From the NCBI GenBank assembly GCA_013239625.1, contig MU054129.1, positions 448,536 to 512,535 of the forward strand: 64,000 nt of DNA, read 5' to 3'. The notes below the pieces were generated by a model. That model was not told the DNA's origin and did no database searches. It was given only the letters and a program-made list of their open reading frames with translations. A program made the translations under genes and the position numbers. Source of the DNA: Lama guanicoe (taxonomy: Eukaryota). Of this stretch, positions 52,530 to 64,000 are shown piece by piece; position 1 is the stretch's first letter, and each line of letters begins with the position of its first letter.

Positions 52530-55151
52530 CTAGAGAAGAAAATTGCAGCTTTAAGAACAACAAATATGAAATTGAATAAAGTAACTGTAACATTCCCCAT
52601 TCCTAGATGATCTAACAAAGAGCGCTGGCTTTGGAGTCATTCAGATATGGATTCAAGTCCCGGGTCTGTCATTTACCAACCTACATCTTCTCATGGGGTG
52701 AGGATTATGACAGATGACCTCAGGGGTCCCAAAATGTTACTTTCTTTACCCCTCATTGATTATTATACAAACACTATGGTATCCATTAGATGACTTTCTT
52801 GACCAAAATGATCTAGAACAAAATCTTATACCTGATAGTTTAGAGTCGTATTGAAAAACCTCACATTAAGAAATTTAAAGTGGTGGTTGTATTTTGAAAT
52901 GTGTTTGCATGATTTATATATGTGTGAATGATCTCTCATGGGGGAAATATGAGAGTTTACTTTTTAGCAGTATCTTATTTGGATGAGTTAGAACAGCAAA
53001 CAGTATAAGCTACTTCTATTCCATTCGCCAAAAAGCTACAGACAAATGGTTGTTCATAGTCAGTTACTTCTAAGAAAGAGGAATAAGAACAAAAGTAATT
53101 CTGAGGGGCAATGACTCATGAGTGAAAGCCACACACATAGTAAACAGAAAGCTGTCACTAAATATGTTCACAGAGGCAGAGTGAGATGGACTGAAAGAGC
53201 AGACACCGAGGAAGTGTTTTCTGCAGAGAAATATTAGGTTTGGGGAAAATCATTAAAAAAAAAAAAGTGGGGAGGAGGAAGAAAAGAAAAAATGAGACAT
53301 GACTAGTCAAGCACAAACTTCAGGCAAGTAAAAAGGAAAATGTAAGTATAACAACACATGTGGAGAAATACATATATTTCAGCATTTATATATAATAGAT
53401 CAGGGATGTATCAGTATTGTTAGGGATACAATATGAGTGAAAGCCTCTGTTTTACCTTTTTATTATATATATAAAAATACAAATTATATATGCAAGTATA
53501 TATATTATTCTTCAAGTTTTATAAAAATATCAAAATACATGATATATAAAACATATATATAACAAAGGCTTTTGTTCATAGTATATCCCCAATAATGCTG
53601 ACCTGTATTACCCTACAACTGTTTGTTTGTAAATACTACTATAGGTAAGAGTTAAATTTTGTCACTCTAAGTCACTCAACTGAACATGGTAGTCTCTCAC
53701 TACCTGAACGCTGCAAATTATTACTAGAGAGAAAAATAGATTTTAGAAAGTTCCTAACATATCAAATTTCCACCTAGAGAAAGAACTGGTAATGAGGATT
53801 CTAAGGATAATATATAGCTTAAAGATATATTTAATGGAACATGAGAGGGGGCTAAAAGGAGGTTAAAAAGTTTTCATCTCAAATTCTAAGCTAACAGTTG
53901 GTGGATACTGAAAAACAGACTGTAACATTTCTATTTATCATATACTTCTTATCTATTTCCTCAGCATTTATGACGTACTTCCTCTCATAACAATTGAACT
54001 TTTACAGCCTAAATAAAGGGAATAGAAATTTAAGTCATATTTTTAGAATCTGAGTAATTTCACTATGACATAGTACGCATATCGTGTTACCTGTACCGTC
54101 AAATAGATTTCATTATGATAGAGTGTGCACGTTACAGTACCTGCAGCATGATGCAGAATTCCATGTCTCTTCATGCATTCACACTCAAAAAATAATCAAA
54201 TGCTTCTTACTTTTAAGACCTTATTCTCGGTGCTCCAGGAAATGCACAATTACATTGCCTAATCTCTAGCGGTGTATACTGATGCAGGGGCTATAAAATG
54301 AGTATGGAAATAACTATACTGCAAAATATCTGAAACTTGAAGTTTTAGAATGGGACACGAGGACTGGACATACTTTTTAAAACTATAATACAAAAGAATT
54401 CTGAAGTAGGTTTTATCATATGGTTGTTATTAGGAGTCTACTTTGAGAGCTGGCTGTTATTTTAGGGAAAACATGTACTCTTCAATTAGATGAAAAGTTT
54501 TGAATATACTCAAAATGAGATAATTTAGAAAACACAGAGGAATCTCTTTATAACATGGATTTTGAGAAACGGAATTTTAATTTCTAAGTTTCTATAATTT
54601 CAACTATTATTTTAGTCTTAATGCAGAACCAGAGATAGAAATAAAGGAAAAAAAAAAAAACCTCTTTCCTCACAACTCTCTGATACCAAAATAAAAAGTG
54701 TCCTAGGAGGGAAAAAAAGATACATGCTACGTAGTTTTGGAACTGGAAGGCCCCAGGAAGAGGCCATGTTTATCACAGTAAGTAGCTGTGTGCACTGAAG
54801 ATGTCCCTGAGGCACGAGTATTATACAAGTGCCATCAGTGTGGTTTTAAAAGTCAAAGAATCCTTATCACTTGGGCAAGCACTTCCTCTGTTGTGGGAAA
54901 GCTTTTCACAGTACAGTTTTCCTGTCATGATCTATTTTCTACTCCATTTTACTTCAGCCTCATCTTCAGTATTTACCAAAGTAAAAAAAAAAAATTCAAC
55001 CTGTCATATTTTTAAAAATGGTTTACTCTGACCAACTTTCAAATACAAACGTAAAACAATGATAGGCATGCCACTGCTAAATTTTAACAGTAAATACTAC
55101 ACAAAACTAAACTCAGAGCAGAAAAACTAATTTCACAAGAAAACACTTTAC

Positions 55152-55221
55152 CTTGGGAGCAAGATCTAAGTCACCGTCTGATGGAGGCCTTGAATCATCA
55201 ACATCATGTTTCGGTGAAATA
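55152..55221 (-). CDS. ANKRD26-like exon, 70 nt
   Basis: aaag|ISPKHDVDDSRPPSDGDLDLAPK|gtaaag (cf. VDDSWPTSDDEDL). Confidence 0.85.
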
Positions 55222-55575
55222 CTTTGGAGCAAAAATACATGTCAAAAATGAGTGAGTTCATTTCTTTAAACAAACAAAAGTGACAAAAGTCTATGCTAAG
55301 GGATACGAAAGCAGATTTGGGGGCCAGGCTGCCTGATGGGTAAGTCACAGGTCAACTACTTGTTAACCATGGAATCATGGGTCAACTAGTCACCTCCTTA
55401 AACCACAGCTGCAACAGCACAGATACTCTGCAAAGCTGTTGTGGTGACTGTATGAGGTAACAAATGTCAAGTACATAACCCAGTGTCTGACCCAGAGTAG
55501 GACACTCAACAAGCCTTGTTTCTTTTCTCTGTGTTCCCTTAGTCAACATATTTTGAAAAATCCATAAAATCCTAC

Positions 55576-55618
55576 CCGATGACAGAGATGTCTTCAAACC
55601 TCGGTGAAAACTCAACCA
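55576..55618 (-). CDS. ANKRD26-like exon, 43 nt
   Basis: ttag|VVEFSPRFEDISVI|gtagga; phase 1 to 2. Confidence 0.7.
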
Positions 55619-55930
55619 CTAAATCCGCTATTAAAGAAAAAAGTAAAATAGATTCTATATCAGCAATAGAAAAATACAGAATATTAAAAGTGTAAGACCA
55701 ATGTTTTGTTAAAAAGCATTCCTTTGGGACCACACCTGGGACTACACACTTGAGTGAATATTGAGTACACTCCTGGTAGGTGATTAATGCATAAAAACCA
55801 CTTCCCTCCTTCATATTTATCAAAAACAAAGGGTGTTTATTTAAATTTGACATCTTAAAGTGAACTGCTGTTTACAGGGACCAAAATCCCAACCAAACTT
55901 TATGAGACTCACAAAAAATGATAATCGTTA

Positions 55931-56185
55931 GAGTCAGCATCATTAACTGACAACGTCAAGCTCACACAGGGTGGTGTTTCTGGACGACACCCATGGGACA
56001 AACCCACCCCGCCATTTGGCTTTCTCAGCCTCGTGTTATCTGGGCACAGTCATCCCTATTCGCTCACATACTGTCTACGGCTGCTTTCACACTGCAATGG
56101 CAGACATGAGTAGATGTGACAGACACCACATGGCCTAAAATATTGACTCTCCGGTCCTTTACAGAAAAAGCTTGTGCATCCCTGC
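55931..56185. mobile_element. MER58-like fossil
   Basis: ctacggctgctttcacactgcaatggcag...ggtcctttacagaaaaag. Confidence 0.55.
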
Positions 56186-56409
56186 TTTATGTCATAACAG
56201 GAAACCCTAAGACTCTAATCGAATATTCTTACTCTTCTGCTCAATATTCTTTGGTGAATCCGTGCAGCCGCCATTGCTGGTTCCCAACTCGACAACCATT
56301 TCTTCTTCATCATCCTTGCCGGACAACTGCAACTTTCCTTGGATGTTCTCTGCTCCAGTATGAGAAGAAGGTAAAGAGAAATCATTATTCTACAGTCATC
56401 ACAGTAACT

Positions 56410-56762
56410 ACATCTCCTTTCCCAGTGGCTGGTTTAGGAATGAGCACATGATGTAGCCCAGCCAATAAGATGCTAGGGGAAGTCTACCGGAAGCGTCTCT
56501 GCTTTCTTCCTAGTTAACAGAAAACATGCAGAGAGAAGCAGCCCTCCTCGCCTGCGGATACTGTCATGCGAGAAGATGACGCTTGGAGCTGCTGCCAATC
56601 AGCAGACCAGGGAAGGCGACATCAAACACCAGCAGCCTCACAGCTGAAGGAGGGACAGCGACTGATGACATCACCGAACCTTCTAAACAATCCTGACTCC
56701 TGTTGCTGTAGCCACTGTTACTTAGGTCTCTTATTATTTGCAGCTGAAAGCATTCTGACACA
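56410..56762 (+). mobile_element. MLT1-type MaLR LTR fragment
   Basis: gccaataagatg...ttatttgcagctgaaagcatt end motif. Confidence 0.55.
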
Positions 56763-58427
56763 TCTCCCAAGGTCTACAGCAGACCTCCTCCTTTCTATAG
56801 TACTAGAAAGGCTTTCAGAAGCATGCCTGAGCTAGGTAGTCACCTCATTTCCAACCATTCCTACAGCAGCATTTTTGCACCACCAACACGAAACTCATAG
56901 ATCCTGCAAAGTTCACTGGCACATCTCAGCCTTTGCACCGCTGTCCTTTCTGCCAAATGTAATCTTCAAAGATGTTCCGCCCACCAAACACTGCCCTTCT
57001 GCCTCCCTCCCTGGCAAACTTCTACTCGCTCTGCATGGCTTGCCTGACATCCTACCCACTTTTGAAAAACTTCTTTCCTCACCATGGACTTAATTTGGCA
57101 CATATTAAATACCAGTAAAAGTATATATAAAGACAGTTACAAACTCCTAGTGGGCTCTGGGACATAGCAAGCACAGAATTAACTAAAGCAAATCATAAAA
57201 CTGGTGATGACAGTAACAAGCTCCCGGAGGCCAGGAACTGTGCTTGTGACCTGTTTGCATCCTGCAACGTCAGAGTGGTGCTTAGTACCTAAAACACACT
57301 TGATAGTCATCTGTTAAGTGGATGAATTAACAGACAACAGACAAGAATGTTTTCTTTGAAAGTCCTGTTAAAAAATACAGATATTAACCAGGGACAACTC
57401 TGTTGTGTTACGAGCACCGTGAAAACCAAAAGTCTTGTCTGTTCCATCTTTGTATTTCCTACAGCAGAAGTTCTTTGCTTGATCCAGGTCTACCAAGTTT
57501 AAGGTGCCCTCACACAGTTCAGACTGAACAGCACGCGAGGGGTCACACCTAGGCAACACAGTCCTTTTTTTTTTTTTTGAAGCACTTCTGTGCTTTTATT
57601 ACACTTTGTTGACTCCTGAGTTGTGCTATTTGAGTATTTATTATCACAATCCTTTAACTAATGGCAACAGACAATCTTGTTCTAACAAAATTATAGTTTC
57701 ATGACAAGTATCCCCCCAAAAAGAAGAAAACATCTGACTCTCATGAAGGCAACATGTCGCACTCTGTCTGCACTTCTGAGGAATGAAATCGGTAAGAGAG
57801 ACCTTGTTGGTGTAATGACGCGAAAAGTAACCCGTGCTTCTCAACAAGGCACTGCTTTCCTGACTTCTGCACTATCACTAGGTATCTTTAGAAAACAATC
57901 TCTTGTTAGTATGCTGCACACTGGCCCAGCTGTGCAGTTCTAATTGCTGGCCATTTCTTTATAGCACCAGGAAGGTATTGCCGAGCTCCCAGTTTTAAAG
58001 ACAATCACTTTTTAGTGAGGCTAATCACTATGCAATAACTAGCGTTCATTCACCCAATGTAATCCATTTGCTGTAAAAATTAAAGATCCAGTTCTGTAAC
58101 AAGGCCAACTTGTTATAATGTTACAGGAAACATACAACAAAGTAGAAAACCTGTTTTTCGTATCTACACAAAGATATAATATGGGATTTCAGGGGCCATG
58201 ATTAAATAAATGAATTTCTTTTCAGACAATATTGTCCCAGATTTTAATTTACCTACAATTAACATCTCGAATAATTCTGAATACTAGACCATTAAGAAAA
58301 AATTAATTAAAAAATAAAAACATACATGAAATTTACACACTGGCTTTTACCACTGCTCTTTCATTATCAAAAGTTCCTCAATCTTACTTCCTTATCTATG
58401 GTAGGCCCAACAAGAGTAACTTATTAC

Positions 58428-58510
58428 CAGAACTCTGTCCTAGGTTGCTATTTTGAGGTGAAGTATCTGGTATCTTTCCGGCTCTGTAGTCGACAATCAG
58501 TTGGTAAAGG
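58428..58510 (-). CDS. ANKRD26-like exon, 83 nt (ancestral 71-nt end at 58440 lacks GT)
   Basis: atag|LYQLIVDYRAGKIPDTSPQNSNLGQSS|gtaata. Confidence 0.75.
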
Positions 58511-59963
58511 CTATGTATACAAAAAGTGATAAATAAATATTACTACTTGAATACTAATATGAAAAGCAATTAGCAAACATATTAAATTCTTAGATTATTT
58601 CACACAATATCAGAGGTAATATCAAAACTTCAATTGTCCCATATACTTCAAATTTGTACAATCTACAAACTTTTAAATTTAGCATGTATAATTAAAAAAG
58701 AAAAAAAGTAAGGTGAAGTAGTCATGAACTGAAGGCAGTACAGCTCAGTAAGTTAACTAGAGCGAGCCTGACATATGGAAAGTATCTCGAACTCAGAAGT
58801 CCCAGCTCTATAACCAACAGCTATTTGTTCCTGGAAAAGTTGCTTCTCTTCAGCTCAAAGTCTCCCTTTATAAAACTGGGATCTTACTGTCTTGTTAGGC
58901 AGTTAGTTATTAATACTCGTAAAAGTATTACAAAGATTTAATGAGATAATGTATCCCCCAGATGCTCAGAGAATTAGTGGCAGAATGGAAAAATTTCTTC
59001 CTGAACTTAAATGCTGGAACTATTTGAGAATCCCAAATAAAACCCAATGTGTGTTTTCTTCCCTAGGTGTAACATTTAAATGTGGCAGTTTTCAGAAAAT
59101 GTTACAAATTACGGTGATAAGCTGTTCTTCGTGGTTTATAATTCAGGGAACCTCAGCTACTATATAACTTGTAGTTAAACTTATTTATAAGTATATGACC
59201 TCATACAAGCATATGTATGAGAACTAAACAAGCTGTCACGCTGAAGTTTACGTGTCGATCACCACGAAGACCGCAGAAACTGGATCAGCACAGGCATCCC
59301 GGGAGCAGAGGTCAGGCACGACCCGACTGCAGGACCAGTTTCTTTTTCCTTTTCTTCTTTGAAAATTTTATTAAAGGTCTTTAGAGAGCAACATCCAGAC
59401 CCCAGACCCAGCTGCCGAGGAGATCCTGTTAAAACCAGTTTTAGTACCAACGCTGCAGCAACAGAATCAAGGGAAACAAGAGAACGATTAGCATGCCCTC
59501 GCGCTGCCCCAATGCCTTGTGGGAGAGGATCGTCACTGTGGCCTTAGGGAATCCCTTAGGTTCCTGGAAAATTCAAGAGGAAGATTATAGAAGAAAGTCC
59601 CCAAAGGCAAATACAGGATTTTCTGCTCTACTAAACATTTCAAGACCCAAATAACTAGGTAGAAAAATCAGGTATGTGACATTATTGGTACCCCATGCAT
59701 AGGGGTTACACTGGAATGAAATGGAGAACAGTAGGACCCTAAGGATTAAGGTCTTACAAACCCTGAGATAAAGAACCCTGTGCCCACTGCTCTATCTCAC
59801 TAGTCTGGCCTTTTGCTGGTTTCCAGTTGATGATGTGAAGGGTCTCACTGCCATCCCCAAAGTGCCTGCTCCCAACTAGGAACTCTCACCTGTCACATTA
59901 CAAGTAACAGGTCATTTCCAACCTCAGTTTAGAGATAACTGGCAATTTAATGTAAACACTTAC

Positions 59964-60101
59964 TCTTTAAAACCACTATAAGAAGCATATTGTTCAGCAG
60001 ACTGTCCGTGTACATCTAGCAAATCGGCATTAACACCTTTCTCAAGCAGCAGCTTGACTATGTCCGGTGAGTCATGATATACGGCAAGCATGAGTGCTGA
60101 T
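59964..60101 (-). CDS. Ankyrin-repeat exon (POTE/ANKRD18/30-type), 138 nt
   Basis: ttag|RSALMLAVYHDSPDIVKLLLEKGVNADLLDVHGQSAEQYASYSGFK|gtaag. Confidence 0.9.
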
Positions 60102-61431
60102 CTAAAATAAAAGAGACAGCTTCACCCTTAGGAACTTAGTTAGCTTAACTTAGTTAATTTGACCTATTTTACCAAGTTAATCTCCTGCCCACCCCTGGAG
60201 AACTGACCATTTACATGCTCGAGTGCTCATCTTTGCAAATTACCTCCAAGGCCAAAATGGAGGGACAAAAAAGAAGCCTCCTGTCCTACTTGGGTAGCAC
60301 ATAGTAGAAGTGGCTAATTTAAAGTCCTCTGATGGACAAGAAAGGATGCTGAGGTCACTTGTCTGAAGTAGGTAAAGATTTAAATAAAGGATTTCCCCAT
60401 TTCTTCCCTCATCTGAAATATAATACTTTAAAATCAGCTAGAGCTCAGGTAAGGAGAAGCTGTTTGCAGGCTGAAAACAGTAATATGAATAAAACAGGCA
60501 ATAAAAATAGTCACGGCTGCAGTTAATCACGCTGAGAAGCATGTGACAGGCACTAACATGAATAGTGTATGGTCTTTCTTAGGCACAACCACCCTTGAAG
60601 TATGTACTACGACCCTCCTTTACATGTCAGGAAACATATTGGTTGGTAATAAGTCATGTCCCCCAGGTAACACACCTGGCCAGCAGGAGAGCTGGGAATT
60701 CAACCTCGTCTGACTCTAAAGCCCAACTCTTTCCTCTTTATCATCCACCAAAGAAAGACTTGTCTTCTTTAAAGGGAATGTTTATTCAATAATTAAAGCT
60801 ATTTTCTTCCTTCTACCATTATCAATTAAAAATAAAAACATCAAAATGTACTAGAAATGAAAAAGGATAAAAACTGATGAGCCCACAGTATCTGGTCATA
60901 GTTACTCTCTTAGTGATACTCACTTAGTGATAACCTAATAACATCAGTATCTTTCAAAGAAAGCAATTTAAAGCAGAGTCATCCAAAAAGCAAAACAAAC
61001 AAGAGTCATCCGCAAAACAAACTCCTCTTTGTTTAATATGCATCTTTTAAGAAAAAAATATATACCAAGAAGAGGTTAAAACAAATTAGAAAAGAATGAA
61101 GAAATTCAACACTGTCTCATAAGGTAAATTAAAATTAAGAGTCCATACTAATAGAACTAAAATGAAACCCCTGAACTACTGTAAGATCGTATGACCAAAA
61201 AAATCAGGTTGAAAATGACATCAGTCACTATCATAAAGGAAGATGAATCCTGCTGCATACTGTTCTTTGTGACACCCCGGCAGAATAATTGCTTTTCTAC
61301 CTAACTGATGATGTGTTGATTCTAAGTCAATCCTCTTCTTATTAAGTTAATCTTTCTGATTGGCTGTTACTACTTTGGAACAACATTAAGATTTAAAATA
61401 AAAAAGAGAGAGAGAGAACACACTATTGTAC

Positions 61432-61538
61432 CTTTGCAGCTTGTCGACTGCATGTACATTTGCCCCGTTCTCTATCAAAAATTTGGCCATTTCTTCTCTG
61501 TTCTCCCTGATGGTGAGTAAAAGTGGTGTGTATTTATA
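61432..61538 (-). CDS. ANKRD26-like exon (ankyrin repeat), 107 nt
   Basis: acag|YKYTPLLLTIRENREEMAKFLIENGANVHAVDKLQ|gtac. Confidence 0.92.
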
Positions 61539-61693
61539 CTGTAAAATAGTAAAAACAGTTGACAATGTGTAAAATTACATAGAAATTTCAAAAGTGAGTT
61601 TAAAAACTTAAGTCTCTGAACTTAAACATACACTATTAACTAAAAGTAGCCCCTTCCTCCTTGCCCCTCTGTGCTCCTTCTCTTTAAAATGTT

Positions 61694-61791
61694 CCTCCTT
61701 GACCTCCTCGAAAGTTTCCCTGTGAAGTCATTCTCTGAAACTCACCTCCTTGACCGAAAGTTTCCCTGTGAAGTCATTCTCTGAAACTCAC
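61694..61791. repeat. ~47-bp tandem duplication
   Basis: cctccttgacc...gaaagtttccctgtgaagtcattctctgaaactcac twice. Confidence 0.9.
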
Positions 61792-62730
61792 TTCAGACAT
61801 TTGCTGGTTCCAAGAACCTTTGCTTCTATCGCAGTATCAGGCATTCTCTAGTTACCTTACTGCTCAACTACTACTCCTGAGACTCTAAACACTGCTCCAG
61901 AGAGAGCCATTCAGCTACTGAATCAACTACATTTCTAAGGAGCCACACTGAGGAGAAAGATACCATACTGTCTGCAACATACATAACCTATCCAATTACA
62001 ACTACGACTAATCTCATAAAGCTTGCAGACATTCCAATGGGAATATGACTATTTGCATGTAAAGAAAAAGTTTTTCTTAAACCAACTTATAAATTTTAAT
62101 TTGAAAACTTCCATCCCACTCTTAAGGGATTATTGTAAAATATGAAATAGACTATAAATTAATATAGACTGTCTTTAAAATCTTGAAATATATATCAAAA
62201 TATACCACAGGAATTGTAAATTCAAATGCTTACAGAGGCAACATAGGTGGCCCGAGTAAGTCAAGGTCACAAGTGAGGACAGCAAACTGGAGAACACATG
62301 CCCCACCGAGAAGGGGCCACCTCTGCAGAGCAGACCACATGGGAGCCTGGGCTCAAGGGGGACCAGATTTGATTCTTTAGGAGAAGTTCTGAAGTGTAGA
62401 TTTCTGCACAAGTCTCCTAAATTTGAAATGTTGACTCAATGTGTGGAGACAAACCGAACATATCCAGGGCCACGTTTAGTCTATAGCCCACTTGTGTTTT
62501 TATGTTTGCTGTGTTTCCAAACAGTTGGGTATAAATCAAGTATTTGTATGTAAAACCTTGCCTTTCTTTAGAATCATACGTCTTACACAAAAAAACACTG
62601 GGCCCCAACATGTAATAAAAATTGTGATTAAGACACATAATGCCCACTTCAAGAATTTTTCCAATGCCTACTAAAACTACAATCTATCTGTATCGAATTC
62701 TCCATGATTGTTAATCAAATGGATAATTAG

Positions 62731-62941
62731 GATTAAGAGGTATGAACAATCAGGCATAAAGTAAGGTACAAGGATGTATTGCACAACATGGGGAATAGAG
62801 CCAATAGTTTATAATAACCGTAAGTGGAGCCTAACCCTTAAAAATTTGTGAAACACTCAACTGTATACCTGTAACATATAATATAGTACATCGACTATAC
62901 CTCAATTAAAAAAATATACTGTAAAATAAATACATTTAAAA
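62731..62941 (+). mobile_element. Short L1 3' end flanked by ~100-bp direct repeats
   Basis: tacaaggatgtattgcacaacatggggaatagagccaata...actatacctcaattaaaaaaa. Confidence 0.8.
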
Positions 62942-63139
62942 AAGGCTCATAATACCCGCTTCAAGAATTTTTCCAGTGCCTACTAAGACTACAATACCTG
63001 TATCTAATTCTCCCCAATTGTTAATCAAATGGATAATTAGTTCATGAGATGGCTGAAACTAAATTATTGAAACAATTCCAATTTGTTACTAATGTCATGG
63101 GTCTTGATGTTTAAAACTGCCATCTTGCATGGTATACTT

Positions 63140-63986
63140 ATATATAATGGAATACAACTCAGCCATAAAAAAGAATGGAATAATGCCATTTGCAGCAACA
63201 TGGAAGGACTTAGAGATTATCATACTGAGTGAGGTCAGAAAGTGAAAGACAAATCCCATAGGGTATCACTTAATATGTGGATTCTAAAAATGCGATACAA
63301 ATGAACTTATTTACAAAACAGAAATAGACTCTCATAGAAAACAAACTGATGGTTACCAAAGGGGAAAGGGGGTGGGAGAGGAATAAATTAGCAGTTTCGG
63401 ACTAGCAGATACAAATTACTATATATAAAATAGATGAACAACAAGGTCCTACTGTATATACTACAGGAACTATACTCAATATCCTGTAATAAACCATAAT
63501 GGAAAAGAATATTAATATGTGTATATATATATAATTGAATAAGAATACATATGTAACTGAGTAAGAATATATATAACTGATAAAAATATATATAACAGAA
63601 TAATATATACATAACTGAGTAAGTATATACATACAACTGAATAATATATATAACTGAATAAGAATATATATAACTGAATAATATATATAACTGAATAAAA
63701 TATGTAACTGAATAATATATATATAACTGAATAAGGATATATACAACTGAGTAAGAATATATACAACTGAGTAAGAACATATATAACTGAATAAGAATAT
63801 ATGTAACTGAATAAGAATATATATATAACTGAATAAGAATATATATAACTGAATAAAAATATATATGTAACTAAGATTGTATATACAACTGAATAAGAAT
63901 ATAGATATATATATAACTGAATCACTTTGCTGTGCACCAGAAACTATCGCAACACTGTAAATCAATTAGACTTTAATTTAAAAAAA
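63140..63986 (+). mobile_element. L1 3' end containing an expanded minisatellite
   Basis: ggaataatgccatttgcagcaacatgg...actgaatcactttgctgtgcaccagaaac... Confidence 0.9.
63520..63922. repeat. AT-rich minisatellite, ~20-nt unit (ATATAT)AACTGA(A/G)TAAGAAT
   Basis: About 20 imperfect copies visible. Confidence 0.92.
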
Positions 63987-64000
63987 CCTGTCATCTTGAT

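Larger units (their letters stand above)
10344..61538 (-). other. ANKRD26: ANKRD26-family gene (ANKRD26-like/CCDC144-like paralog), 28 chained coding exons in window; 5' exons beyond window end
   Basis: Exon peptides, sizes and phases follow the ANKRD26 exon series from ankyrin repeats to C-terminus; divergence and deletions suggest a paralog rather than the ortholog. Confidence 0.9.

Noticed and set aside
63520..63922. Regular repeats resembling a CRISPR array; Tyr/Ile-rich ORFs 63388-63965
   Set aside because: No unique spacers, eukaryotic context, unit derives from the L1 3'UTR; ORFs are low-complexity artefacts.

Overview
Mammalian genomic DNA. It is most likely camelid, judging from four short tRNA-derived SINEs of the camelid type and the artiodactyl-type L1 3' ends. 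Bases 1-~4550 hold the 5' half of a young full-length-type LINE-1 on the minus strand: CpG-rich 5'UTR with a terminal YY1 motif, an intact 300-aa ORF1, a ~400-bp inter-ORF spacer, and ORF2 broken by a nonsense codon and a frameshift. Bases ~10.3-61.5 kb hold most of a multi-exon ANKRD26-family gene (ANKRD26/CCDC144/POTE-like) on the minus strand; its first ~3 exons lie beyond the right edge. By hand I chained 28 GT-AG exons into one phase-consistent open frame of 4002 nt (1333 aa plus stop). That chain needs (i) skipping of two decayed symmetric exons, (ii) two shifted donor sites and (iii) a cryptic acceptor rescuing a partly deleted coiled-coil exon. The gene also carries a 75-nt in-frame intra-exon duplication and a frameshifted final exon. 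The rest is interspersed repeats, a minisatellite grown from an L1 3'UTR and a 17-N gap. I see no prokaryotic-type system. The best novelty candidate is this remodelled, possibly lineage-specific ANKRD26 paralog. All homology calls come from recalled sequences, not database searches.
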